Assembly (NCBI GenBank): GCA_963666215.2
Contig: CAXWPL010000004.1
Location: 448,001 to 512,000, forward strand
Source: Acidobacteriota bacterium
GTDB taxonomy: Bacteria; Acidobacteriota; UBA890; WLXD01
Length of the DNA stretch: 64,000 nucleotides
Reading direction: 5' to 3'
In this document: positions 32,326-43,168 of the stretch, in pieces
Layout of the letters: each line of letters opens with the position of its first letter
Numbering within the stretch: position 1 is the stretch's first letter
The notes under the pieces: model-generated
What the model was told of the DNA's origin: nothing
Database searches by the model: none
What the model saw: only the letters and a program-made list of their open reading frames with translations
Position numbers and translations under genes: made by a program

Positions 32326-33555
32326 CTAGTCGCGAAGCAGCTCGCGCGCGATCACCAGCTGCTGGATCTCACTCGTGCCCTCGTAGATGCGCAGGGCACG
32401 GATCTCGCGGTAGAGGCGCTCGACCTCCGAGCCTTTCACGACGCCGGCACCTCCGTGGATTTGCACCGCCTGGTCGATGATGCGCTGCGCCGCCTCGGTG
32501 GCGAACAGCTTGGCCTGCGAACCTTCGAGCGTCAGCCGCGGGCGCTGCCCGCTGTCTCGCAGCATGGCCGCGCGATACACCAGCAGACGGGCGGCGGCCA
32601 GCTCGGTTGACATGTCGGCCAGCTTCGCCTGTATCGCCTGGAAGGTGGCGATGGGCTTGCCGAATGCCCGCCTCCGCTTGGCGTACGCGAGCGCCTCGTC
32701 GAACGCCCGCTGCGCGAAGCCCACGGCACAAGCAGCGACCGTGGTACGGAAGAAGCCGAGGGTCGTCATAGCGATCTTCACACCATCGCCTTCCTCGCCA
32801 ATGCGGTTCTCGGCCGCCACGCGGCAATCGCTGAACACCGGCTCGCCAATCGGATGCGGCGCCAGCAGCTCGATACGCTGCCCGGGGTCGAAGCCCGGGG
32901 TGCCCTTCTCGACGATGAACGCCGAGATATCGCCGTTGCTGCGATCGCCGGCAGCATCGGTCGTCCGGGCGAAAACCGTGTACATATCGGCATCCGGCGC
33001 CATGCTGATGAGCGTCTTGCGGCCGTTGAGAATGTACGCGTCGCCGTCGCGCCGGGCTTCCAGTTGCAAGGCCGACACGTCCGAGCCGGTCTCGGGCTCG
33101 GTAAGAGCGAACGCCGCCACGGCAACGCCCTCCGCGACCTGCGGGAGATATCTGCGACGCTGGTCGGCGGAGCCGCAGAACGATATCGGCCCTGCCCCGA
33201 GCCCCTGCATGGCGAAGATCAGCTCGGCGTTCGGGCAGCGTCGAGCGAGCGCCTCGCGCACCAGGCAGAACGAGACGAGCGACATGTGCTCGGGTGATTC
33301 GAGAGGTGGCGTGGGGGTGCCGTCGGCGGGCGCAGGGGTGGAAGCGGCGCTGCCGGCGCGGCCGGTCCGCCAGTCGCCGGGTACGGTCCAGTCGAGCAAG
33401 CCGGCATCGGCCAGACAGTCGACGAGCTCCCGGCTCACCCGGTTGGTCTCACCGACGCGGGCTTCTATGGCCGCGAGTGGTCCGTTGGCCAGCTGCTCGA
33501 CCCAAGTCACGAGCTGGCGCTGCTCGTCGCTGATCAGCGAGTGGATGAAGTCCAT
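32326..33555 (-). CDS. Acyl-CoA dehydrogenase
   Basis: FALTEPETGSD, LNGRKTLIS, RRAFGKPIATFQ, AVQIHGGAG, RIYEGTSEIQ. Confidence 0.94.
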   Translation of the reverse strand: MDFIHSLISDEQRQLVTWVEQLANGPLAAIEARVGETNRVSRELVDCLADAGLLDWTVPGDWRTGRAGSAASTPAPADGTPTPPLESPEHMSLVSFCLVREALARRCPNAELIFAMQGLGAGPISFCGSADQRRRYLPQVAEGVAVAAFALTEPETGSDVSALQLEARRDGDAYILNGRKTLISMAPDADMYTVFARTTDAAGDRSNGDISAFIVEKGTPGFDPGQRIELLAPHPIGEPVFSDCRVAAENRIGEEGDGVKIAMTTLGFFRTTVAACAVGFAQRAFDEALAYAKRRRAFGKPIATFQAIQAKLADMSTELAAARLLVYRAAMLRDSGQRPRLTLEGSQAKLFATEAAQRIIDQAVQIHGGAGVVKGSEVERLYREIRALRIYEGTSEIQQLVIARELLRD

Positions 33556-33659
33556 GGCTGCGGCAACATAGCGCTGATCGACGCGGCGGTCGACCAGAGA
33601 GGCGAGATCGAGGCACAAAAAAGAGCTGTCAGCGGGGTTTCAGCCGGCATCGTCGCAGA

Positions 33660-33690
33660 GAAAGGGCCGACGCCTTTCTGCGTCGGCCCT
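33660..33690 (-). terminator. Probable rho-independent terminator of the csp transcript
   Basis: 11-bp perfect stem AGGGCCGACGC/GCGTCGGCCCT followed on the minus strand by TTCTCT. Confidence 0.7.
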
Positions 33691-33735
33691 CGGACTTCGC
33701 TTCATCCCGCCGCGCTGGCTTTCGCTGCGCGCTGG

Positions 33736-33978
33736 CTAGGGTGTTGCGATCACCGGTGCTTCTTCTTCCTTCTCTTCCTTCTCTTCCTTTTCTTCTGCCT
33801 CTTCAACCTGCAGGATGCCCAGCCCAACGAGATCCTCGCGGCTTGCCATCTGCGTGCCAACCTTGCCGTGTCTGCGCTCGCGCTTGAGGGCTTGCTTCTC
33901 GGCCTTTCGGCGTTCGCGGGAGCGTTTCTCAGCCTCCCGCTGACGCTTGAGCACCGACATGCGGCGTTTTCTTGCCAT
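33736..33978 (-). CDS. Small bipolar protein (basic N-terminal helix, acidic C-terminus) downstream of csp
   Basis: Starts 3 nt after the csp stop and ends just before the terminator; K/R-rich then E-rich. Confidence 0.7.
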   Translation of the reverse strand: MARKRRMSVLKRQREAEKRSRERRKAEKQALKRERRHGKVGTQMASREDLVGLGILQVEEAEEKEEKEEKEEEAPVIATP

Positions 33979-33981
33979 GGA

Positions 33982-34182
33982 CTAGGCCGGGCGGACGTTC
34001 GACGCCTGGGGACCCTTGGGGCCCTCCTGGATATCGAACTCCACACGCTGGTTCTCCTGCAACGTGCGGTAGCCGGTCGCGACGATCGCGCTGTGGTGGA
34101 CGAAGACGTCCGGACCACTGTCCTGCGCGATGAAGCCGTAGCCCTTGCTGTCGTTAAACCACTTCACTGTACCTGTGGCCAC
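33982..34182 (-). CDS. csp: Cold-shock protein (CspA family)
   Basis: AAGGAGG RBS + GTG; [15 protein letters not shown] (RNP1) and DVFVHHSAI (RNP2); 66 aa. Confidence 0.97.
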   Translation of the reverse strand: MATGTVKWFNDSKGYGFIAQDSGPDVFVHHSAIVATGYRTLQENQRVEFDIQEGPKGPQASNVRPA

Positions 34183-34490
34183 GTTCCCCTCCTTGAGAGC
34201 GATGATGTGTTGTTTGACGGAGGCGATCGCCGACCACCGGCGCTTGACTGCCCCAACCCAGCAATCAGGTGAGGATGTTGCCACTGCGTCAATCACAACA
34301 ACTTCATTGAACGGTAAGAGCGTATCAGGCGAAGTGCCCCCACTTGTGCACCTGTTCCTGGTAGAGGGTGACGCAGGCGGGTCCTGTGGGCGTCTTCGCA
34401 GGGGTCGCCGGGTCGCCGCCACGCTCGAATTCGGGCATGCCGAAAACGGGCGCAAAGACACCCGATATACGTCGAGTATCATCTGGCCCC

Positions 34491-34832
34491 ATGACCTGTT
34501 CCGAGCGACGTGTCGACGACGTGGTGATCCTCGCGCTGCGCGGACGCTTCGTGCTGGGTGCCGGCTTCCGCTTGCGCCCGCGCGTGGTGGAGCTGCTGGA
34601 CAAGGGTGAGCGGCAGATTGCCCTGGACATGGCCGGCGTGACGTACATGGACAGCACCAGCGTGGGCGATGTGGTCATGAGCTGGAAGGAGGCCACCGAC
34701 ACCGACGCAATCCTCAGGCTCTTCGGGCTCGGAGAGCGGCTCGCCCAACTGTTTTCGTTCCATCACCTCAACGAGATCCTCGAGCCCTTCGTCGACGAGG
34801 CAGCCGCGATCGCGAGCTTCGAAGCGAGCTGA
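34491..34832 (+). CDS. STAS-domain anti-sigma factor antagonist
   Basis: [23 protein letters not shown] with the phosphorylatable Ser, DEAAAIASF. Confidence 0.88.
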   Translation: MTCSERRVDDVVILALRGRFVLGAGFRLRPRVVELLDKGERQIALDMAGVTYMDSTSVGDVVMSWKEATDTDAILRLFGLGERLAQLFSFHHLNEILEPFVDEAAAIASFEAS

Positions 34833-37800
34833 TGGGCGGAGCACCAGGTTCGTCCATTCGCCGCGCAGCATTCACAACTACGGCGCTCGTGGCGCTTCTT
34901 TCCTGGGATCCGACGAGCGGATCCGCGATTGCGCAATCGGGCGCCGGTCGCCACACGCCATCGAGCGACGAGCTGTCGGGACTCGGCCTGCGCTCAATCG
35001 GCCCGGCCGTGATGGGAGGCCGCATCGACGACATCGCGGTGGTCGAGGAGCGTCCGTGGATCTTCTACGTGGGCACCGCCTCGGGTGGCCTGTGGAAGAC
35101 GTCGAACGCCGGTATCACGTGGCAAGCGCTGTTCGACGATGAGCCCACGGCACCAAATTTCTCGATCGGTGATGTCACGCTCGCCCCCTCCGACCCCGAG
35201 GTGGTTTGGGTGGGTACGGGCGAGCCGAACAACCGGCAGAGCTCGAGCTTCGGAAACGGCGTATACCGCTCGATCGACGGCGGCCAGTCGTGGCAGCACC
35301 TCGGGCTGGCCGACACGCATCACATCGGCCGCATCGTCGTGCACCCGCTCGACCCCAACACGGCTTGGGTCGCCGCGCTCGGCCATCTCTGGGGTCCCAA
35401 CGAGGAGCGCGGCGTGTTCCGCACCCGCGACGGAGGGCGGAGCTGGGAGAAAGTGCTGTACGTGGATGCCGACACCGGCGTCGTCGATATCGCCATCGAC
35501 CCGGCAAACTCGAGCATCCTCTACGCGGGCGCCTACCAGCGTCGCCGCACTCCCTGGGGCTTCAGCGGGGGCGGGGAAGCGGACTCTTCAAGAGCGTCGA
35601 CGGCGGTGATAGCTGGCTGCGCCTCACCGACGAGGCTCTCGATAATGGACTGCCCGCAGGCGCGATCGGCAGAATCGGCCTCGACGTAGCGCGCTCCGAC
35701 CCGAAAGTTGTCTTCGCGACCATCGAGCACCGCGACCTGGCCGGTGTGTACCGGTCGGACGACCGCGGCGAGAGTTGGGCGAGGGTCAACGAGCGGAACC
35801 CGCGACCGATGTACTACAGCAAGATCCGCGTCGACCCGACCGACACGCGTCGCGTTTATATGCTCGGGGGGCCGTTCTACGTGTCGGACGACAGTGGCGC
35901 GACCTTCGCGCCCAACACCGACATGACGCCGTCGTACGACGTGGGCGTGCACGGCGACCACCACGCGCTGTGGATCGACCCGGCCAACTCGCAGCACCTG
36001 ATTCTGGATTCTGGGTGGCGACGGCGGCCTGTACGTCTCCTGGGACGCCTCGCGCACGTGGGACAAGATCGACAACCTGCCGATCGCGCAGTTCTACGAT
36101 GTCGGCGTCGACATGCAAACGCCCTACTGGGTATACGGCGGAGCTCAAGACACCCACTCCTGGGCCGGCCCCAGCGCAACACCGAAGCGCATCGGCATCG
36201 TCAACGGCGACTGGGTGCAGACGAACTTCGGCGACGGCATGGTGCAGGCGCCCGATCCGAACGACCCCGGAACGTTCTACAACGAGTCGCAGGGGGGCAA
36301 CATCTCGCGGGTTGACCTGGTTACCGGCGATCGCCGAGCCATTCGGCCTGTACCGCCGAACCCGCCGGCTGCTCCTGACGGAGCTGAAGCGGGAGACGAG
36401 GCCGAGGCTCTTTCAACCGACCTGTACCGTTTCAATTGGATGTCGCCCATCGTCATCTCGCCGCACGATTCTGCGCGGGTCTACCTCGGCGGCAACCGTC
36501 TGTTCATCTCCGACGAACGCGGCGAGAGCTGGACGCCCACGCGCGACCTGACGCGCGGTGAGGACCGGTCGGAGCTCGAGATCATGGGCACCGTGCCCGA
36601 CGAGAACACACTGTCGCGAAACGATGGGACTTCGCAGTGGGGCACGATCACCACGATCTCCGAGTCGACGCGCGAGCCGGGCGTGATCTGGGCCGGAACC
36701 GACGACGGCCTGGTACAGCTGTCGCGCGACGGTGGCGACACGTGGACGCGAATCGGCACCGGTAACGTGGCGGGCGGCGACACGACAACCTTCGCGGGCC
36801 TCGATCCGTTCCGCACGCTCGTCACCCGGGTCGTGGCCTCACACCACGCCACCGGTCGCGCCTACGTCACGTTCGACCGCCATCGGCTCGACGACTTCGC
36901 ACCGTACGTCTTCGTTACCGAAGACTTCGGCGCTTCCTGGCGGCCGCTGTCGACGGGGTTCCCGTCCGACGAGGTCATCGGATGGGTGAACGCTTTCGCG
37001 GAGCACCCGAAAAGCCCGAACCTGCTGCGCGCCGGCACCGAGACAGGCCTGTTCGTGTCTACAGATCGCGGCACGAGCTGGTCACGAATGCGGGGAGCTA
37101 GCCACGCGGAGGGCGCCGTTTCCAACCCGGTGGGCGAATCGTTTCCGGTGGTGCCCGTCGACGATCTGGTCATTCACCCGCGCGACAATGACCTTGTGGT
37201 CGGCACACACGGGCGCTCGATCTGGATCCTCGACGACCTCGCACCGTTGGTGGAGCTCGCGAACGCCTCGTCGGTGCGCGCCGCCCAACTCTTCGCGCCG
37301 CGGCCGGCAACGCAGTACCTGCCCTGGAAGCACGAGAGCTACGGCGGCCAGCGACAGTACGTAGGCGCCAATCCGCCGTACGGAGCGTCGATCACCTATT
37401 GGCTCGAGCCACCAGCGGCGGCCGAGCTGGACGATGGCGCAGCGACCACGCTGACGATTGTCGACTCGTCCGGGGCCGAAGTACGGAATCTGCTGGGCAG
37501 CGCGAATGGCGGCATGAATCGGGTTGTTTGGGACCTGCGAGCCGCGGCGCCCGAGTCTCTGGAAAACGCACGCGGGCCGCTGGTGCCGCCGGACAGCTAC
37601 ACGGTGCGATTCGAGCGCGAAGGCACGACGCTCGAAGTCGCTCTCGAGGTTCGCGTGGACGATCGCGTGCGTGACCTGACTGTCGACGATCACCGCGCGC
37701 GCTACGAATTCCTTTCCGACGTTCTGGAGCGACGCGCGACGATTGCCGAGGCGATCGATCGACTGCGGTCCCTCGAGGATCAGATCGAAGTCTTTCGCGA

Positions 37801-38188
37801 GGGACGCGAGGCTGGAGAAGCCTCCGAGGACGAAGCCGACGAGCTGCCAGAGTCAATCACCACGGCCATCGACGTGGTGGCGGAGGAGATCGTCGCTATC
37901 CGTCAGGGACTGCGCGGGCCAGCTGGTTTCAATCCGACGAATCGCGCACCGCAACGGCTGCTCGGCCGGCTATGGGGTGATCTCGACGGCGACGCGGTTC
38001 GCCAGGCAACGTTCTCGCCGCCCACCCAAGACCAGCGGCGCCTGCTGGCGACCGCCGAACGTCTGCTCGACGAGCAGCTCGACGCCTTCAACTCCCTGGT
38101 GGCCGATCGCATCCCGACACTCAATCGGCAGATCGGCGAAGCGGGCCTCGCGTGGCTGCGCCCCGGCCAGCCGCTGGCCCGCGAATAG
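34832..38188 (+). CDS. Secreted BNR/Asp-box (VPS10/sortilin-like) glycosyl-hydrolase-like protein; frameshifts near 35575 and 36005
   Basis: RSIGPAVMGGRI, GTGEPNNRQSSSFGNGVYRSIDGGQSW, many SxDxGxTW boxes, HGDHH, GTHGRSIWILDD, spread over three frames. Confidence 0.88.
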
Positions 38189-38297
38189 GCGGGCAAGCTG
38201 AATCGAGATGGCCAGCGCCGGGACAACCGGGAAGCCGAGCAACCGCGCGGACACTGCGAGTGTCGTGATCCCACCTACTGAAGCGTAGGAGTGGCGA

Positions 38298-39188
38298 ATG
38301 CGTTTCCGTCGATGCCGTCAAGATGATCCGGGGAGCCGCACGCCTCGACGCGAGGCTCGTCGGTTCGCCCGGTTCGGCCGGTTCGCCCCGTTCGCTCGAT
38401 TCCTTGGCAGCCTGATTCTGGCCACCTTGGCCACCTTAGTCACGGAGGACCTGGCATCAGCCCGGCAAGAGCCTGCGGCGACCGATCGTGGCCGCTCGCT
38501 CTTCTTGGCACAGTGCGCTCGCTGCCACGGCGCCCAGGGCGCGGGTGGCGAAGGGCCGCGGCTGGCGACGCCCCGACTGCAGCAGGCGGCGAGCGAGGAC
38601 GAAGTTCTCGCGATCATCGTGCAGGGGATTCCAGGCTCGCCCATGGAAGCCACCTGGCAGATCTCCAGCGACGAAGCCCGCCTGGTCGCTAGCTACGTCT
38701 GGTCAATGGGCCGCGCATCTGTCGTTGCCGATCTGCCGGGTGACCCGGGCCGCGGCGAGATCATCTATGGGAGAGCACCGTGCATAGGCTGCCACCTAAT
38801 CGACGGCGTAGGTGGGACGTTGGGGCCAGCACTTACCGACATCGGCAGCGTCAGGGGCCTCGATCACTTGCGCGAGTCGATCGTTGACCCGGGCGCTTCG
38901 CTGCCGGAGCCGCCGAGTCGGTACTACGAGTCGCTCGGTTCTCCCTACCTGCCGGTGCGTGTGCGCACCCACGCGGGCGAGATGATCTACGGCATGCGGG
39001 TCAACGAGGACACCTTCAGCATCCAGATTCGGGGCGCCGAGGACGCCTATTACTCGATCCGCAAGGACGACATTGCCAGCCTCGAAAAGCTCTTCGGCAC
39101 GAGCCTGATGCCGAGCTACCCGCGGCTGACCGACCAGGAGCTCGACGACCTGGTTTCGTATCTGGCAACGCTGCGAGGCAAACAATGA
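38298..39188 (+). CDS. Di-heme c-type cytochrome with putative heme-binding domain
   Basis: CARCH and CIGCH, GPALTDIG, ESIVDP, SLMP; ATGA overlap with the dehydrogenase; start uncertain. Confidence 0.88.
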   Translation: MRFRRCRQDDPGSRTPRREARRFARFGRFAPFARFLGSLILATLATLVTEDLASARQEPAATDRGRSLFLAQCARCHGAQGAGGEGPRLATPRLQQAASEDEVLAIIVQGIPGSPMEATWQISSDEARLVASYVWSMGRASVVADLPGDPGRGEIIYGRAPCIGCHLIDGVGGTLGPALTDIGSVRGLDHLRESIVDPGASLPEPPSRYYESLGSPYLPVRVRTHAGEMIYGMRVNEDTFSIQIRGAEDAYYSIRKDDIASLEKLFGTSLMPSYPRLTDQELDDLVSYLATLRGKQ

Positions 39189-40851
39189 CCGGGTCGCGCC
39201 CGAATCTCCTCTTGCTTGCCCCGGCGCTGCTGCTTCTGTTGGCCGCCGGCGGCACTCCGCAACAGCCCGGGCAATCAGGGCAGCCGAATCGGTCAGATCA
39301 GTTGAGTCAGTCAGATCAAGGAGTACCGATCCCTATCCGGCTGCCCTATTCACGACTCCTCGGGGCGGCGAGCGAGCCACACAACTGGCTGAGCTACTCG
39401 GGCGGGTACAACTCTCAACGTTATTCGACGCTCGACCATGTCAACACGAGCAACGTCGATGAGCTGCGGCCGGTTTGGCTGTACCAGACGCGCCGCTTGA
39501 ACCCGTTCGAGACTTCACCGCTCGTGGTCGACGGCATCATGTACATCTCTGAGCCGCCGACCGCCGTATCGGCCATCGACGCGCGCACCGGGCGCAGGCT
39601 GTGGCATTGGCGCGCTCGTCTGCCGGAGAACGTGCGCAACATCGGTTTCCCGCAGGTCAATCGCGGCGTTGCGCTGCTCGAAGACACGGTCTTCGTCGGC
39701 ACCTTGGACGCACGCCTGGTGGCCCTTGATGCACGGTCGGGAGCCGTGCGCTGGCAGGTCGATGTTGCCGACAACGCCACCGGGCATTCGATCACGATGG
39801 CTCCGCTGGCGCTCGATGGAAAGGTTATCGTCGGTATCAGCGGTGGCGAGGCCGGCATCCGCGGCTTCGTTGACGCCTACGACGCCGGCACCGGCGAGCG
39901 GCTGTGGCGATTCTGGACGATCCCCGATGCTGGCGAGCCCGGAGTCGAGACCTAGGGGGGCGAGTCGTACAAGACGGGCGCCGGCGCCACCTGGCTAACG
40001 GGTTCGTACGATCCGGAGCTCAACCTGCTGTACTGGGGAATCGGCAACCCTGGGCCCGACTGGAACGGCGACGTGCGCCCGGGCGACAACCTCTACACGG
40101 CGTCGCTCGTCGCCGTCGACGCCGACACCGGCGAGCTGCGCTGGTATTTCCAGTTCACCCCCCACGACACTCACGACTGGGACGCCAACCAGATCCCCGT
40201 CCTCATCGATACCGAGTTCGGCGGGCAATCGCGCAAGCTAGTGGCGATGGCCAACCGCAACGCGTTCTTCTACATCCTCGACCGAGCCACCGGGGAGTTC
40301 CTACGCGGCACGCCGTATGCCAAGCAGACCTGGGCCGACGGGCTCGACGAGAGCGGACGGCCCATCCTCATCCCCGGCAAAGAACCCACGGAAGAGGGCA
40401 ACCTGGTCTGGCCGAGCCTGCAGGGAGCAACGAACTGGTTCAGTCCCGCGTTCAGCCCCGACACCGATCTGTTCTATGTCCCTACTCGCGAGATGGCGGC
40501 GATCTACTTCAAGGCCGAGGCCGAGTACGAGCCTGGCGCACCGTTCATGGGAGGTGGTGAGCAGGCGCTCGGCGGGGATCAGGCCCGTGGCTACGTCCGC
40601 GCGCTCGAGCTGCACACCGGGGAGTTGCGCTGGGAATTCGAGCTTCAGTCTCCGCCGTGGGCCGGCGTGCTGGCGACCGCGGGAGGTTTGGTGTTCGGAG
40701 GCTCGAACGAGGGCAACTTCTTCGCCCTCGACGCGATGAGCGGCGACGCACTGTGGGAATTTCAGACCGGCGGCCCAATCACTACGCCATCGACGGCCGC
40801 CAGTACATCGCCGTCGCCTCTGGCAGCGCGCTGCAGGTTTTCGGACGCTAG
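39185..40851 (+). CDS. PQQ-dependent dehydrogenase family protein; in-frame TAG at 39953-39955 and frameshift near 40780
   Basis: QRYSTLDHVNTSNV, ETSPLVVDG, VNRGVA, RGFVDAYD, W.TGSYDPE, RPGDNLYT, HDTHDWDAN, YAIDGRQYIAVASG. Confidence 0.9.
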
Positions 40852-41038
40852 TGTCCCGCGCGACAACTTGCCACGCGCATCCCACCATCCGAGCGCGTCG
40901 TGATCGACCTCGCTGGGCACTGCCCGCTCATCGAGGCGCCCGAGTAGTTCACGGAAGTGGTGCCGCGCTTTCTCGGGCCCGGGCCAAGGCCGCGCGGTGC
41001 GGACTCTCTGTCGTTCAGAAGGGTTCTTTGAAGAGCTT

Positions 41039-42165
41039 CTACAGCCGGTTGTGCGGGCGTAAAGAGAGCGAAAGCGAACCGTTCTCGGCGTTGCGATCGA
41101 GGATCAGGACGTTGCCGTTTCCGTAGTTGTCGACCTGAAGGACGTTGCCCATCGGCAATGGCACGTAGTCCACACCGGCCGTGACGTCGCCGACCGGCTC
41201 GGTGATGCCGGCCCGTCCGTAGGCTCCCTCGAGATCGGCCAGCGCGATCTTCATGGTGCCGCGACGGCTGTTGGTGAGCAGCACGAACTGTGCGCCTTCC
41301 TGTTCGAAGCTCAGCATGTCGATCGGGATGTTGCCGAACCCGAGCTCGGCGATCGTCTTGCCGCGGATCTCGCTGCCCGACTCGAGCTGCTCCACCGAGA
41401 ACGCCACCAGCGGGGTGCAGAGATAGCCGGCGAGAACGTGAGGCTTGCCGGAGAGCTCGATCGGCATGAACGTGTAGATCGGCGCGTGCGTTTCGAACTG
41501 TCCGTGCGCGCCGTGGTAGATCTCCAAGCCCGTCGTCGACGTCCCGGCGCCGAACGGATACGAGGCGCGACGCAGCGACGAGGCGAACTCCTCGTTCGAC
41601 AGCCCGGCGATGTAGAGCTGGTCGCCGATCAACTCCATGTCGGTTACGGCGAGACCACGAGGATCGCGGCGCGACCCTGGGTCGGACGCTGGTGCGTCGG
41701 CCAGATCCAACTTGGTGTAGCTGAGGCCGTCGAAGGCCACGTGATGAAACTCGCCGTCTGGGCTGATCTTGATGAGCGCTGGGGCGGCGTCGGCGCCACC
41801 TCCCCGCATCACCGACAGGTAGACGGCGCCCGAACCGACGGCCATGTCTTTGACGAAGATGTCGCGAACGTCAACGCCGAGCATCGCGGCGATCTTGCTG
41901 TCGACGCCGTCTACACGCTGGAACTCCGTCGCGCTCGTTTCGGCCTGGCCAACGTGCAGCGCGTACACCGCAGCGGCGCGCGAGTCGCCGGCGAACAGAA
42001 CACCGTCGGCGCCGAACTCCAGCGCCCCAATCGATTCGATCGGCGGACCCACGAGCAAGGTCGCGCCTGAGGCTTTCTCATCGGCGCCAACCGCCGTTCC
42101 CGCCACGAGCGCGGCCACGGCCGCAAGAGTCAGGGCCAGTCCACAAGCAACTGTCTTCTTGTTAA
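41039..42165 (-). CDS. Secreted hypothetical protein
   Basis: Signal-peptide-like NKKTVACGLALTLAAVAAL; motifs GLSNEEFASSLR, EIYHGAHGQFET, YLCTPLV, GKTIAELG; start codon ambiguous. Confidence 0.75.
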
Positions 42166-42380
42166 AGAGATCCTCCGTCGTCCACGAGATGGGGATTCGC
42201 TAGATCGGCGTCGCAAGAAATCATTCCGCGAAAACGTCCGCCAGTGGCGGCGATTGTATCGGGAGTGTGCCGCTATGTCGCGGTGGTAGGCGCAAGCATC
42301 GCGGGCACGCTCACGATTCGCGTGGCAGCGTATGATCTCCAAACCCGTTCACTAGAGCTCTGCAACCCAAGGCTGTACGC

Positions 42381-43100
42381 GTGAAAGCGATCACCATCGT
42401 AAAGACCGGCGCCGCCCACCCTCAGGTTATCGCCCAGCATGGAGACTTCGAGGACTGGATTCGACAGGGCCTGGGAATCTCTGTGCAACAGACGGCCATC
42501 GCCGACGTGCGTTACGGTGCGCCGCTGCCGGACGAGCCTCAGGCGATCGTGGTGACTGGCTCTCGCACCTTGGTGACCGACCCCACCGATTGGAGCGAGG
42601 GCACGGCGCGCTGGCTTCGTCGACAGCACGAGAAGAACGTCCCGATCCTGGCGATCTGCTATGGCCACCAGCTGCTGGCGCAGGCGTTGGGGGGAACGGT
42701 CGAAGACAACCCCAACGGCTTGGAGTTCGGCACAGTGCAGATCACAGCCACCGCCGCGGCGGCCGACGACGAGCTGCTGGGCTGCCTTCCACAAAGCTAC
42801 GCGGCGCAAACCACACATTCTCAGAGCGTGATCGAGGTCCCGAAGGGCGCGGCCGTCCTCGCCGGCAACGCCCACGATTCGCATCAGGCTTTCCGCGCCG
42901 GCGTGCGCTCGTGGGGAGTGCAGTTTCACCCCGAGTTCAGCGTGCCGATCATGCAGACCTATCTCGACCGCAACGAGGAAGATCTCAAGGCGCAAGATCG
43001 CGATGTGGACGCCCTGCGTGCCGCGATCTGCGCGTCGCCAGCAGGCAACCTGTTGGGTCGTTTCGCCGAGATCGCCGGCCTGGTGGTCATAGAAGACTAG
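42381..43100 (+). CDS. Class I glutamine amidotransferase (standalone, GMP synthase-like)
   Basis: VTGS, AICYGHQL nucleophile, GVQFHPE. Confidence 0.92.
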   Translation: MKAITIVKTGAAHPQVIAQHGDFEDWIRQGLGISVQQTAIADVRYGAPLPDEPQAIVVTGSRTLVTDPTDWSEGTARWLRRQHEKNVPILAICYGHQLLAQALGGTVEDNPNGLEFGTVQITATAAAADDELLGCLPQSYAAQTTHSQSVIEVPKGAAVLAGNAHDSHQAFRAGVRSWGVQFHPEFSVPIMQTYLDRNEEDLKAQDRDVDALRAAICASPAGNLLGRFAEIAGLVVIED

Positions 43101-43168
43101 TCGGGCGAGCCGTCGCAAAACCCACGCGGCGATGGAGTGTCGGTTTCGTTTCGTCGTACCGTAGCGCG

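Noticed and set aside
42590-43168. N-terminal extension of the 645-aa YfcC ORF
   Set aside because: Overlaps the amidotransferase out of frame; family similarity begins at ATG 43169.
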